Origin: Armatimonadota bacterium
GTDB taxonomy: Bacteria; Armatimonadota; SYMT01
Direction: 5' to 3'
Assembly: GCA_041690135.1 (NCBI GenBank)
Contig: JAWLHY010000002.1
Coordinates: 352,001-416,000 of the forward strand
Length of the DNA: 64,000 nt
The first letter of the stretch is position 1. Each line of letters opens with the position of its first letter. The position numbers and the translations under genes were made by a program. Positions 48,795 to 57,837 of this stretch are shown here, in pieces. The notes beneath the pieces are model-generated. The model searched no databases. It was not told the origin of the DNA and saw only the letters and a program-made list of their open reading frames with translations.

Positions 48795-49544
48795 ATGACT
48801 GCAGATCATCACTCGGAGACCCGGAAGATCGCCCTAGTGACGGGGGCCAACCGGGGAATTGGGCTGGAAACGGCCCGCCAGTTGGCGCAGCAGGGTTACC
48901 AGGTATTGATGGGCGCCCGTGACCTGGAGCGGGGCCAGGCGGCCGCGGCCGGGCTCCGGGAAGGGGGGCTGGAGGTCGAGGCCATCCGGCTAGACGTCGG
49001 CAGCGAGGCGGACCACCGCGCCGCCGCGGAGCTGATTGAAGCCCGTTATGGGCGCCTGGATGTACTGGTGAACAACGCCGGGGTGTTGATGAAGGGTGAC
49101 GGCCTCCCCGGTAAGGTGACTATGGAGGCGCTGCGCGGTAGCTTCGAAATCAACCTGTTCAGCGTGGTCGCCCTCACGCAGACTCTCCTCCCGCTGATCC
49201 GAAAGAGCCCCGCCGGCCGGATCGTGAACCTCTCCAGCATCCTGGGCTCCCTCAGCGTGCTCTCCAGCCCCGATAGCGGGGTAGGCGATGCCTTCAAAGT
49301 GTTGGGCTACAACGCCTCGAAAACGGCGCTCAACATGTTCACCGTGCTGCTGGCGGACGAATTGCGGGACACCCCGATCAAGGTGAACTCCGCCCACCCC
49401 GGCTGGGTGAAGACGGAGATGGGCGGCGAAGCGGCGCTCCTGGATGTGGAGGCGGGTGCCCGAACCAGCGTTCGGCTCGCCACTCTGGCGGAAGACGGGC
49501 CCACCGGCGGGTTCTTCCACCTGGAAGACCGGCTCCCCTGGTAG
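48795..49544 (+). CDS. Short-chain dehydrogenase/reductase
   Basis: TGANRGIG, NNAG, YNASK, HPGWVKTEMGG. Alternative GTG start at 48774. Confidence 0.93.
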   Translation: MTADHHSETRKIALVTGANRGIGLETARQLAQQGYQVLMGARDLERGQAAAAGLREGGLEVEAIRLDVGSEADHRAAAELIEARYGRLDVLVNNAGVLMKGDGLPGKVTMEALRGSFEINLFSVVALTQTLLPLIRKSPAGRIVNLSSILGSLSVLSSPDSGVGDAFKVLGYNASKTALNMFTVLLADELRDTPIKVNSAHPGWVKTEMGGEAALLDVEAGARTSVRLATLAEDGPTGGFFHLEDRLPW

Positions 49545-49778
49545 ATTTAGACCGTAAACCTACCCATAATAGGGAGGAGTGTGCCTCCCGCGGGGCGGAT
49601 GGGTAACTGTGCTCCCACCGAGTGTTGGTTCCGGGAACCGACGTGAAGGGGAGAAAGAATGGGAGAGCGGGTGCCCGTAGACCCGGATCACTCCCATTCC
49701 CCATTCCGTCGCTCGTTGGGTCGGCGCCACCGACAGTCTTCAGTCGCGCTTGCCCGGCCCTCCATCGCACCCGTCCTG

Positions 49779-51248
49779 ATGCTTCTCCGCCCTGCCTACC
49801 TCCGCTGCCTGCTTCTGATCCTGCCGCTCGCCGCCATCCCACTCATGGCTCCGCGGGGGCCGGTTGAGGCGCAGGAGGCGGATTACGTCCACAGCGCTCC
49901 GCAGCTTGCACTGGAAGGGCGCGTCCGCTCCGTGGCCCCGGATTATCGCAGCTTCGACCTGGAGTTGGTGATAACGACCTCGCCCTCCGGTCGCCGGACG
50001 CTCTTGCCCGTACCCAGCCTCCGCAAGGTGTGGCTGGCCTCTCCCTGTTACATCTCTCCCCGGGGCGACGGGCAGCGGTTCCTGACGCCTCGCGACATTC
50101 CCGCAGGCACCGTGGTGGCCATCCTGGGCGTACAGGGGAAGGGTGGAGATCTGGTGGCCGGACAGGTATTTGTGGGCGGCACCCTCCCCAAGACTCTACC
50201 GGCCGCCGTACCCGTGCCGGAGATTCCCGAGGATCCGGATGCGATCATCCTCCCGCCGCTCCGGAAGGGACTGGCCAAGTTCGAACCCGCTTCCGGCTGC
50301 TACCTCGGCGCGTTCGTCATGCGGGACGAAAACGTGAATGGCAGCATGGCGGCCTGGGAGCGGAGGGTCGGTAAGGGTCACGCCTCCTACCTGCGTTACG
50401 TGGGGTACGGAAAGCCCTTTCCCCACGAATGGGTGCAGGAGGTGCGCCGGGTAGGAGCCGTTCCGAACCTGGCTTGGGAGCCCAACGCCGGCCTTCAGCA
50501 TGTAAAGGACGATGCCTACCTGCGCAAGTGGGCCCAGGCGGCGGCCAACTCCGGCGGTCCCGTCTTCCTACGCTTTGCCAGTGAGATGAACGGGGGCTGG
50601 ACCGCTTACTCCGGCAATCCCACCCTCTATAAAGCCAAGTTTCGCCTGGTGGCGCGGGCGATGCGGAAGCTGGCGCCGAATGTGGCGTTGGTCTGGACGC
50701 CCTATTGCACACCCACCGGTAACATTCCGGACTACTACCCCGGTGATGCCGCCGTGGACTGGGTAGGCGTGAATATCTACAGCGTTCACCACCACAACGG
50801 CCGGGTTACGGAACTGGCCGAGCACGAGGACCCGCTTCGCTTCCTTAAAACCGTCTATGATCGCTACGCGAAACAGAAGCCGATCCAGATCTCCGAGTAC
50901 GCGGCCACCAACTTCTGCCTGGCGTGCAAGCAGTCCATGCCGGAGTTCGCCATCCGCAAGATGCAGCGGATGTACGGCAGTCTCCAGAAGCAGTTCCCGC
51001 GCGTCAAGATGATCTACTGGTTCAGCATGGACACCATCGCCAGCCGGGCCGCGGAAAACAACTACGCCGTCACCGGCGATAACGACGTGCTCCACGCCTA
51101 CCGCCGGATCACCCACCAGCCCCACTTCCTGGCCCGTCTCTCCCCCAGGCTGCTCGCCGTCGGGAAGCGTCGCTCCGAGGTCTCCCTCCCCCTTCGCTCC
51201 ACCAAAGAGGCCTCCGCCGCCACGCGCCGTGAACGGAAAGACCCCTGA
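49779..51248 (+). CDS. Secreted glycoside hydrolase family 26 protein
   Basis: AWEP, FLRFASEMNGGW, YYPGD..VDWVG, KPIQISE; N-terminal OB-like domain. Start uncertain. Confidence 0.85.
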   Translation: MLLRPAYLRCLLLILPLAAIPLMAPRGPVEAQEADYVHSAPQLALEGRVRSVAPDYRSFDLELVITTSPSGRRTLLPVPSLRKVWLASPCYISPRGDGQRFLTPRDIPAGTVVAILGVQGKGGDLVAGQVFVGGTLPKTLPAAVPVPEIPEDPDAIILPPLRKGLAKFEPASGCYLGAFVMRDENVNGSMAAWERRVGKGHASYLRYVGYGKPFPHEWVQEVRRVGAVPNLAWEPNAGLQHVKDDAYLRKWAQAAANSGGPVFLRFASEMNGGWTAYSGNPTLYKAKFRLVARAMRKLAPNVALVWTPYCTPTGNIPDYYPGDAAVDWVGVNIYSVHHHNGRVTELAEHEDPLRFLKTVYDRYAKQKPIQISEYAATNFCLACKQSMPEFAIRKMQRMYGSLQKQFPRVKMIYWFSMDTIASRAAENNYAVTGDNDVLHAYRRITHQPHFLARLSPRLLAVGKRRSEVSLPLRSTKEASAATRRERKDP

Positions 51249-51251
51249 ATT

Positions 51252-51518
51252 GGATTAGGACCGAATGGATAAAGACCGAGGGGATAAGGATAGGGATAAC
51301 GGGGACAGGACGGGTATGCGGTTCCCCGGGCTGCGGGTGCCGGATCCTTTGTCGCAAATACGGACCGCGCTAAAGCGCCTGCGTGTAGGGGTTCTTCATC
51401 CTTATCCGGGTCGAATCCATCCGCCTGTGGTCAGGGCACCCACCCTTACACGGGACTCTTTATCCTTATCCTCATCCTCATCCTTTCCTTATCCTTATCT
51501 TTATCTTTATCTTTATCC
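51252..51518. repeat. Inverted hexamer arrays enclosing a partial copy of the dispersed element
   Basis: (GGATAA)-like at 51252-51300 versus (TTATCC/TTATCT)n at 51459-51518. Minus strand 51428-51455 reads TCCCGTGTAAGG-N5-TGCCCTGACCA, as in copy A. Confidence 0.8.
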
Positions 51519-51520
51519 AT

Positions 51521-52198
51521 TCAGGGCTCTCGCACGCTCCGGTGGGATTTGACGAACGCCTGGATGCGGCTGATGAGCGCCTCCGGGACCTTCTGTTTCC
51601 GTAGTTCCTCCGCGGGGAGCGTAGCCACCGGAAGTTCACGCGGCACCCGGAGTTGCTCCAGGGCGATCTTCTCGCTTCCCACGAATAGCGTGAATTGGGG
51701 CGGGCGGGCTTTCGGCGCTTCCTTGTAGACGTGCACGCCGAACTTGCCGCCGGGGAGGCGCCGCCACCACTCCTCCAGGACCTTCCGGCTGCCGACCGCG
51801 AAGGTCGCCTCGTACCCCACACGGGCGTGCCGGTCCCACCGGAACTCCGCTTTCGGATCAAGCAACACGGCCGGCCTCTCTCCCTTCACCTGCGCCAGCA
51901 CCTTCAGCAGGCGGTTGGCCTCGCGGGTGCTGTCCAGCCGGTAGCCGAAGGTCTGCGAGTCGTTCGGGCACTCGCTGAAGATCGGGTGCCATCCCTCGAC
52001 GCGCGCGGGGTCGTTCACCAGGTCCAGCGTTCCCGCCGGCCAGGCGTACTGCGCGGCGATCTCCCGTGCCATCGGAACTTTTCCGAACTGCATCACCTCG
52101 TAGAGTGCCGCCGCCTGGGTGGCGAGCAAGGCAGTCAGGATTCCACTGATCTTCAAAATCCAGCGGAAAGAAAGCATCCGGTATTCTCCAAAACTCAC
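51521..52198 (-). CDS. Secreted hypothetical protein
   Basis: Signal-like N-terminus; start overlaps the upstream stop (GTGA). Confidence 0.7.
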   Translation of the reverse strand: MSFGEYRMLSFRWILKISGILTALLATQAAALYEVMQFGKVPMAREIAAQYAWPAGTLDLVNDPARVEGWHPIFSECPNDSQTFGYRLDSTREANRLLKVLAQVKGERPAVLLDPKAEFRWDRHARVGYEATFAVGSRKVLEEWWRRLPGGKFGVHVYKEAPKARPPQFTLFVGSEKIALEQLRVPRELPVATLPAEELRKQKVPEALISRIQAFVKSHRSVREP

Positions 52199-52644
52199 TT
52201 CTTCGGCGCGGCAGGCTTCAGGTAGTCCTCTACCGGGATCACGTGATAGTACCAGGTACGTGGGTCCTGCCTGCCGTCGAGGTGCGAGGTGGTCAGGTGG
52301 ATCTCGGCCCGCTCCGCGAGATCCCGCTTCAGGTGCACCCTCGCCACCTGTTGACCGCCTTCCTCCCGCGTGGCGAGCGCCAGCGAGAGATCCACGTTGC
52401 CCTTTCTGTCCTGGCTGGGGACCACCAACTGCACCGCACGGAGGGGCTTCAGCCGGCCCGCGTCGGCGATCCGCAGGTTCACGGTGACCCGTCCGGTGCC
52501 GTGATCCGTGGCCTCCACCTCATACTTCAGCCCGAGCTGTTCCTTCGTTTCGCCGAGTTGAAAGCCCAGGGCCCAGGCCGCGCTGGCGGTCAGCGCCAGG
52601 ACCGCAAGGGTAAGGGTCAACGAGTAAAGCGTGTGTCTGCGCAT
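52195..52644 (-). CDS. Secreted hypothetical protein
   Basis: GGAGGT RBS; signal peptide ending ASAAWA. Confidence 0.75.
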   Translation of the reverse strand: MRRHTLYSLTLTLAVLALTASAAWALGFQLGETKEQLGLKYEVEATDHGTGRVTVNLRIADAGRLKPLRAVQLVVPSQDRKGNVDLSLALATREEGGQQVARVHLKRDLAERAEIHLTTSHLDGRQDPRTWYYHVIPVEDYLKPAAPKK

Positions 52645-52756
52645 GGCGTACCTCCCTCCCGTGAGGAGTAGCGGCGGTATCTTGCCGGTTCCGGAGGATA
52701 GATGCGACCCCTCCGCGCCGGGTTACACCTCCAGTCCGGAGAAGGACGAAGCACCC

Positions 52757-53233
52757 ATGTGGAGCAATACTTCGGACATGGCAGAAACACGCGGCAAGCG
52801 GCGTCAGCCCCCTCACAACAATACCTCTGAACGCATCCAGGCACCCCTGGTTGCCGAGCGGGAAGGCGTGAGTGTGCGGGTTATGGGAGTCCATTCCCTC
52901 CCCTACGTTCGGGACACGCTCCTGGTCGAAGTGATGGTGAACCTACCGTCACAAGAGGTTTCCGCGGCGGACTTCAACGCTCCCAGCAATATCCAGGAAT
53001 GGAGTGAGGACTGTGGCCAGTATGAGTTCTGGCTGAACCAGGACGGCTCGGAGTTGATTGGGTACTGGTTGGATCCCCCGGTGCAACCCGCGCCCACGCG
53101 CTTTGCATTTCTCCTGTATGGTTGCCCGGTGCCGTTCACGCTAACCACCCCCGCTGGAAAGGTTCGGATCCACCGGTCAACCCCGGTCCCGCCACGCTTG
53201 CTGCACCTGATCTGGATTGAGGACCTAGCTTGA
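52757..53233 (+). CDS. Hypothetical protein
   Basis: Protein-like C-terminal two thirds (QYEFWLNQDGSE...RFAFLLY); start uncertain. Confidence 0.55.
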   Translation: MWSNTSDMAETRGKRRQPPHNNTSERIQAPLVAEREGVSVRVMGVHSLPYVRDTLLVEVMVNLPSQEVSAADFNAPSNIQEWSEDCGQYEFWLNQDGSELIGYWLDPPVQPAPTRFAFLLYGCPVPFTLTTPAGKVRIHRSTPVPPRLLHLIWIEDLA

Positions 53234-53253
53234 GGCCTCAAGGGAGCGAACGC

Positions 53254-53667
53254 ATGGAAACATGGCGGTCGAAGGCCCTGGAACTAATACCCGAACTTTC
53301 AGAGGAGATCAGCGAAGCGGAAACCCCCATGAGGCTGTGGAGCGAGATCCGCCTCCGGTTTGAGGAAGCCTACCACGAGCCCCGGAACGAGGACTTGATC
53401 CGGCGGATCTACGCGTATGCCGCCTGGGGACATGAGCAGGGAGAACGTCACCCCACGGCCCGGATGGATGTTCCCACCGCGGTCGCTACCGCCTTCTACG
53501 AGAGCATTCCCACAATCCCGGTGGCTCGGGAAGACATGCCCCGGTGGTTCACCCGGCAAGAGTTCCTCGACCTGAAGCACCTGTTCCGCTACCTCATCAG
53601 TGAGGATGAGTATCAGCGACTGCTTGCCCTGTTTCCCGTGGAGGGTCGCCACTACTCTGAACGTTAG
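53254..53667 (+). CDS. Alpha-helical hypothetical protein (immunity-protein-like)
   Basis: GGGAG RBS; WRSKALELIPEL...IRRIYAYAAW...AVATAFYESIP. Confidence 0.7.
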   Translation: METWRSKALELIPELSEEISEAETPMRLWSEIRLRFEEAYHEPRNEDLIRRIYAYAAWGHEQGERHPTARMDVPTAVATAFYESIPTIPVAREDMPRWFTRQEFLDLKHLFRYLISEDEYQRLLALFPVEGRHYSER

Positions 53668-53703
53668 TTAGTTACGAACGGCTCCGAAGCCGGCCATTCC
53701 GAC

Positions 53704-53732
53704 TTGCGCCCGTCACGGGAGCACCCTATACT
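53704..53732 (+). promoter_or_regulatory. higBA promoter with palindromic operator
   Basis: TTGCGC-N17-TATACT; CCCGT-C-ACGGG at 53709-53719; 7 nt separate the -10 from the ATG (leaderless). Confidence 0.7.
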
Positions 53733-53739
53733 GAGGATT

Positions 53740-54033
53740 ATGCGCGTCATAGCCCTTCGCACACTGCGTGAGTTCTGGACGACACATGCGGATGCAGAGG
53801 ACGCGCTAAGAGCCTGGCATGCGGACGCGCAAAGAGCGGTCTGGAAAACGCCAGGTGATATTCGTGCCACCTACGCGACCGCGAGTATCATCGGGAACAA
53901 TCGCGTAGTCTTCAACATCCGCGGGAACACCTATCGGCTGATCGTTGCAGTCAACTACGATTACGGCATTGTCTATATCCGGTTCATTGGCACGCACGCG
54001 GAGTATGACCGGATCGATGCCGAGACGGTTTAG
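53740..54033 (+). CDS. higB: HigB-family toxin
   Basis: MRVIALRTLREFW..H, RVVFNIRGN.YRLI, IRFIGTHAEYDRID. Confidence 0.95.
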   Translation: MRVIALRTLREFWTTHADAEDALRAWHADAQRAVWKTPGDIRATYATASIIGNNRVVFNIRGNTYRLIVAVNYDYGIVYIRFIGTHAEYDRIDAETV

Positions 54034-54043
54034 GATTAATCCG

Positions 54044-54421
54044 ATGGAATTGCGCCCCATAAGAGACGAAGCCGACTACGAAGAGGCACTGGCAGAGATT
54101 GAGCGACTCTTCTCCGCGCAGCCAGGCACTCCGGAAGGAGACCACCTCGACGTAATCACCACCCTTGTGGAAGCGTACGAACGCCGGCATCATCCCGTGC
54201 TGCCACCAGATCCGATCGAGGCGTTGCTCTATCACATGGAAAGCCGGGGGTTGACCCGGCGGGACCTGGAGCCTTACCTGGGCAGCCGAGCGCGCGTGGC
54301 CGAGATCCTCAATCGCCGCCGTGCCCTGACCATCGACATGATCCGCCGCCTTCACACAGGGCTGGGCCTGCCGGCGGAGATCCTCATCCAGCCGTACGCG
54401 CTCCAGGAGCGAGCCGCGTAG
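54044..54421 (+). CDS. higA: HigA-family antitoxin
   Basis: PIRDEADYEEAL, LVEAYE, PDPIEAL, HTH ...RRALTIDMIRRLH. Confidence 0.95.
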   Translation: MELRPIRDEADYEEALAEIERLFSAQPGTPEGDHLDVITTLVEAYERRHHPVLPPDPIEALLYHMESRGLTRRDLEPYLGSRARVAEILNRRRALTIDMIRRLHTGLGLPAEILIQPYALQERAA

Positions 54422-54450
54422 AATGGCGCGGCTCCGCTCCGGCAGCCCGC

Positions 54451-54783
54451 TCAGTCCTGGACCGTCAGCACCAGCCAACCGCCCTCTTCCCGCACCGGGT
54501 AGGTGCGCAGGCAGTGGGAAGCGTCGTTGAGGCAGGCCCCGGTCGCCAGGTTGAACTTCCACGAGTGCAGCGGGCAGATGACGGTGCACCCTCCGGTCAC
54601 CCCTTCAGCGAGCGGTCCTGCCTCGTGCGGGCACTCGGCCTGCACTGCGTAGAGGCCTCCATCCCGCAGGCGGAAGATGGCGATGCTGTGCTTCCCGACC
54701 TGAAAGCGCTTGCCTTCTCCGGGCGGAATGGCTTCGATACGGCCGACCGTGAGGTCGGTAGGAGGTTCTTGAATGGTCGGCAT
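54451..54783 (-). CDS. nirD: Nitrite reductase small (Rieske) subunit
   Basis: CPHEAGPLAEG...CPLHSW; lies downstream of nirB. Confidence 0.88.
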   Translation of the reverse strand: MPTIQEPPTDLTVGRIEAIPPGEGKRFQVGKHSIAIFRLRDGGLYAVQAECPHEAGPLAEGVTGGCTVICPLHSWKFNLATGACLNDASHCLRTYPVREEGGWLVLTVQD

Positions 54784-54978
54784 GGCGTATATCTCCGGTG
54801 TTCGGGCAGGCGATCCGCGAATTGGGCGAATAAGGTGAATAAGGATGAACGTTGGGCCACTTCTCGGGTGGTTAATGTTCAGGCAATCCGGCTGTCCGGC
54901 TTGCATATCAGCCGACGGTGAGCATCAATCGGCACATCACCTGTGCCCAGATCCAGAGATTTCTGAAAAACAAGGGCT

Positions 54979-55291
54979 GTCATGGCGAGGAACGGTGGAC
55001 TTGCTGCAACTTCCCCGATCTCGCAGAGCTTCCAGTCGAAGTGCATTACTTTCGTCTTTGATGTCGTGAGTGACGTGGCCAGCCCCCTGGTCAGGGCCGT
55101 GTTGGATTAGGATTACGATAAGGATAAGGAGTTCGCGTACAAGACCGGTCTCCTGACCAGGGGGCCTGCCCTAGCTTCGCCGGGTAAACTCGCGTCGGGT
55201 GCCGGGGAGCAGAGTCAGGACGGCTGGGCTCCGGCAGTGCGGCGGCTGTGGTCTGGGAAGTCGGCTGGGGTCTATCCCTCCTCGCAGTGAC
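54979..55291. mobile_element. Inverted doublet of the dispersed element (REPIN/MITE-like) between nirB and nirD
   Basis: Outer IR GTCATGGCGAGGA / TCCTCGCAGTGAC (11/13). Inner perfect 14-bp IR at 55082-55095 and 55152-55165 around a GGATTA/GGATAA array. 54979-55096 on the minus strand is a further copy of the A/B element. Confidence 0.7.
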
Positions 55292-55325
55292 GGCGAAATT
55301 CATTACAATTCTCCAGCCGGGCGCC

Positions 55326-57752
55326 TTACACGCGGGCGGCGGCGATGGCGTCGATGGGGATGAGCTCGCTGGTGAACTGGGCGGGATGGTAGGGGCGGAC
55401 CGCCTCTTCCCAGGGGTCCACGTAGGCGTCCACGGCCTTCTGGATCTCGGCGTCCAGGTAGTCGCAGATCCCCTCGCTGTCCTCCACCAGGATTGCCCGC
55501 AGCTTCTCCACGCCGTACCGCTCCACGAAGGCGTGGGTCCGCTCCATGTACTTCCCGTGCTCGCGGTAGTACTGCATGAACCGTCCGGTGATCCGCAGCA
55601 CCTCTTCCTGCGTCTTTACGGTGCAGAGGAGATCCCCCGCGCGGACCCGGCTTCCGGCGGCCCCGCCGATGTAGATCTCCCAGCCGCCGTCCACGGCGAC
55701 GAAGCCGATGTCCTTCACCGTCGACTCCGCGCAGTTGCGGGGGCAGCCGCTGGCGGCCAGCTTCACCTTGTGCGGGAACTCGATCCCCTGGTAGCGGCGC
55801 TCGGCCGCGATCCCCAGCGCGGTCGAGTCGCCGACGCCGTAGCGACAGAACTCGGCGCCCACGCACGTCTTGCAGGTGCGGAACGCCTTGGTGTAGGCAT
55901 GGCCGCTCGGCATGTCGAGGTCACGCCAGATGGCGGGAAGGTCTTCCTTCTTCACGCCCAGGATGTCGATCCGCTGACCTCCGGTGACCTTGACCATCCG
56001 TGCGTGGTACTTCTCGGCCACGTCCGCGATGCGGCGCAGCTCCGCGGGGGTGGTCACGCCGCCGTACATCCGCGGGATCACGGAGAAGGTGGCGTCCTTC
56101 TGGATGTTGGCGTGGACGCGGTCGTTGATGTACCGGGCATCGCGCTCGTCTTCGTACTCGTCGTTCCAGAGCGACTTCAGCAGGGAGGCCAGGCCCATCT
56201 TGCTGGCCGCGTCTTCCTCGCCTCCGGCCAGCTCGCGGAAGACGGCGCTGACGCTCTTCAGGCCGCGCGCCTGGATCTCGCGGACCAGCTCCGGCTTGGC
56301 GTAGGGCACCCCCGGCACGTACCAGTTATCGCGCGGGTCCGGCGTGGCGTTGGTGGCGTAGGCGTCGATCAGCTCCTGGACCACCGGCTTGCAGCCACCG
56401 CAGCCGGTGCCTGCCTTGGTGCAGGCGGCCAGCGTGGAGAGGGAGCAGCGGCCGTTGCCGATGGCGGTGAGGAGCGTCTTCTTGTTGACCTGGTGGCAGG
56501 AGCAGATGAGTGCCTCGTTCGGCACGCTCCGGATGTCGCCCTCGCCGCTCTCCTGGCTCGGGAAGAGGAGCGTGGAGCGCCGCTCGGGCACGTCGGCGCC
56601 GCGCAGGAAGAGGTCGGTGAGGGTGCCGGTGTTGCTGATGTCGCCCAGCAGGCATCCCGCCATGAGTTGACCGTCGCGGACGATCAGTTTCTTGTAGATC
56701 CCGGCCGCCGGTTCCACGTAGCTCACGATCTCGTCGCCGGGCTGCATGTCCGAAACCCGGCCCATGGAGACCAGTTCCACGCCCATCACCTTGAGCTTGG
56801 TCGCCACCCTGGAACCGAGGTAGAGGGAGTTCGGCGAGACGCCGGTGAGCACGTCCGCAGCGACCTGCGCCTGCTCGAACAGCGGCGCCACCAGGCCGTA
56901 GAGCATTCCCCGGTGCTGGGCGCACTCGCCCACCGCGAAGATGTCGGGATCGCTGGTCCGCATCTGGTCGTCCACCACCACGGCGCGTTCGACGGTAAGG
57001 CCGCAGTCGCGCCCCAGCTCCGCGTTCGGACGGATGCCGCAGCTCACCACCACCATCTCCGTCTCCAGGACTTCGCCGTCCTTGAACCGGAGACCGGTGA
57101 CCCGGCCGTCCCCCTGGATCTCGCTGGTCATCGCCTGCAGGCGGACGGAGACCCCCATCTCCTCCATGGTCTTCTGGAGGATGGCGCCGCCCGCGCCGTC
57201 GAGTTGCTGTACCATTAGGTGCGGCGCCACTTCGACAATGGTCACCTCCACGCCGTGGGTAAGGAGCCCGCGTGCCGCTTCCAGGCCGAGGAGCCCGCCA
57301 CCGATGACGACGGCGCGGGAACAGTCCGCCGCGTAGGAGGCAATCCGCTCGCAGTCTTCCAGGGTGCGGAAGAGGAATACGCCCTTCTTCTCGGTCCCCT
57401 CCATCGGTGGGACGAACGGCCGGGAGCCGGTGGCCAGGATGAGGCGGTCGTAGGGCACCTCCATGCCGTCCGTGCTCACCACCACCTTCCGGTCGCGGTC
57501 GATGCGTTCGATCCGGACCCCGGCGTGCAGGGTGATGCCGTTCTTCTGGTACCAATCCAGGGGATGGGTGAAGATCTCGGTCGCCGGCTGCGAGCCGTTG
57601 AGGACATTCGAGAGCAGGATCCGGTTATAGCTCCCGCACGGCTCATCGCCGAACATGACGATTTCGAACCGGTTCCGGTCCCGCGCCAGGATCTCTTCGA
57701 CGACCTTCGCGCCGACCATTCCGTTTCCGATCACGACCAATCGTTCTGCCAT
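55326..57752 (-). CDS. nirB: NAD(P)H nitrite reductase large subunit
   Basis: IGNGMVG, YNRILLS, GGGLLGLE, BFD cluster CSCH...CGGC, HANIQKDATFSV, CVGAEFC...SGCPRNC siroheme/4Fe-4S ligands. Confidence 0.95.
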   Translation of the reverse strand: MAERLVVIGNGMVGAKVVEEILARDRNRFEIVMFGDEPCGSYNRILLSNVLNGSQPATEIFTHPLDWYQKNGITLHAGVRIERIDRDRKVVVSTDGMEVPYDRLILATGSRPFVPPMEGTEKKGVFLFRTLEDCERIASYAADCSRAVVIGGGLLGLEAARGLLTHGVEVTIVEVAPHLMVQQLDGAGGAILQKTMEEMGVSVRLQAMTSEIQGDGRVTGLRFKDGEVLETEMVVVSCGIRPNAELGRDCGLTVERAVVVDDQMRTSDPDIFAVGECAQHRGMLYGLVAPLFEQAQVAADVLTGVSPNSLYLGSRVATKLKVMGVELVSMGRVSDMQPGDEIVSYVEPAAGIYKKLIVRDGQLMAGCLLGDISNTGTLTDLFLRGADVPERRSTLLFPSQESGEGDIRSVPNEALICSCHQVNKKTLLTAIGNGRCSLSTLAACTKAGTGCGGCKPVVQELIDAYATNATPDPRDNWYVPGVPYAKPELVREIQARGLKSVSAVFRELAGGEEDAASKMGLASLLKSLWNDEYEDERDARYINDRVHANIQKDATFSVIPRMYGGVTTPAELRRIADVAEKYHARMVKVTGGQRIDILGVKKEDLPAIWRDLDMPSGHAYTKAFRTCKTCVGAEFCRYGVGDSTALGIAAERRYQGIEFPHKVKLAASGCPRNCAESTVKDIGFVAVDGGWEIYIGGAAGSRVRAGDLLCTVKTQEEVLRITGRFMQYYREHGKYMERTHAFVERYGVEKLRAILVEDSEGICDYLDAEIQKAVDAYVDPWEEAVRPYHPAQFTSELIPIDAIAAARV

Positions 57753-57837
57753 ACTGCTTCTCCTGTTAGCGAACCGGTTTATTGCCCGCGAGCCTGCCCG
57801 TATGGGAATTCGCGGAAAGCGCGGAAGAAACGTGCTG

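Noticed and set aside
49556-49645. Possible riboswitch (nested hairpins TACCCAT/ATGGGTA, GGGAGG/CCTCCC)
   Set aside because: No conserved aptamer motif was recognised and there is no expression platform; an Rfam scan would be needed.
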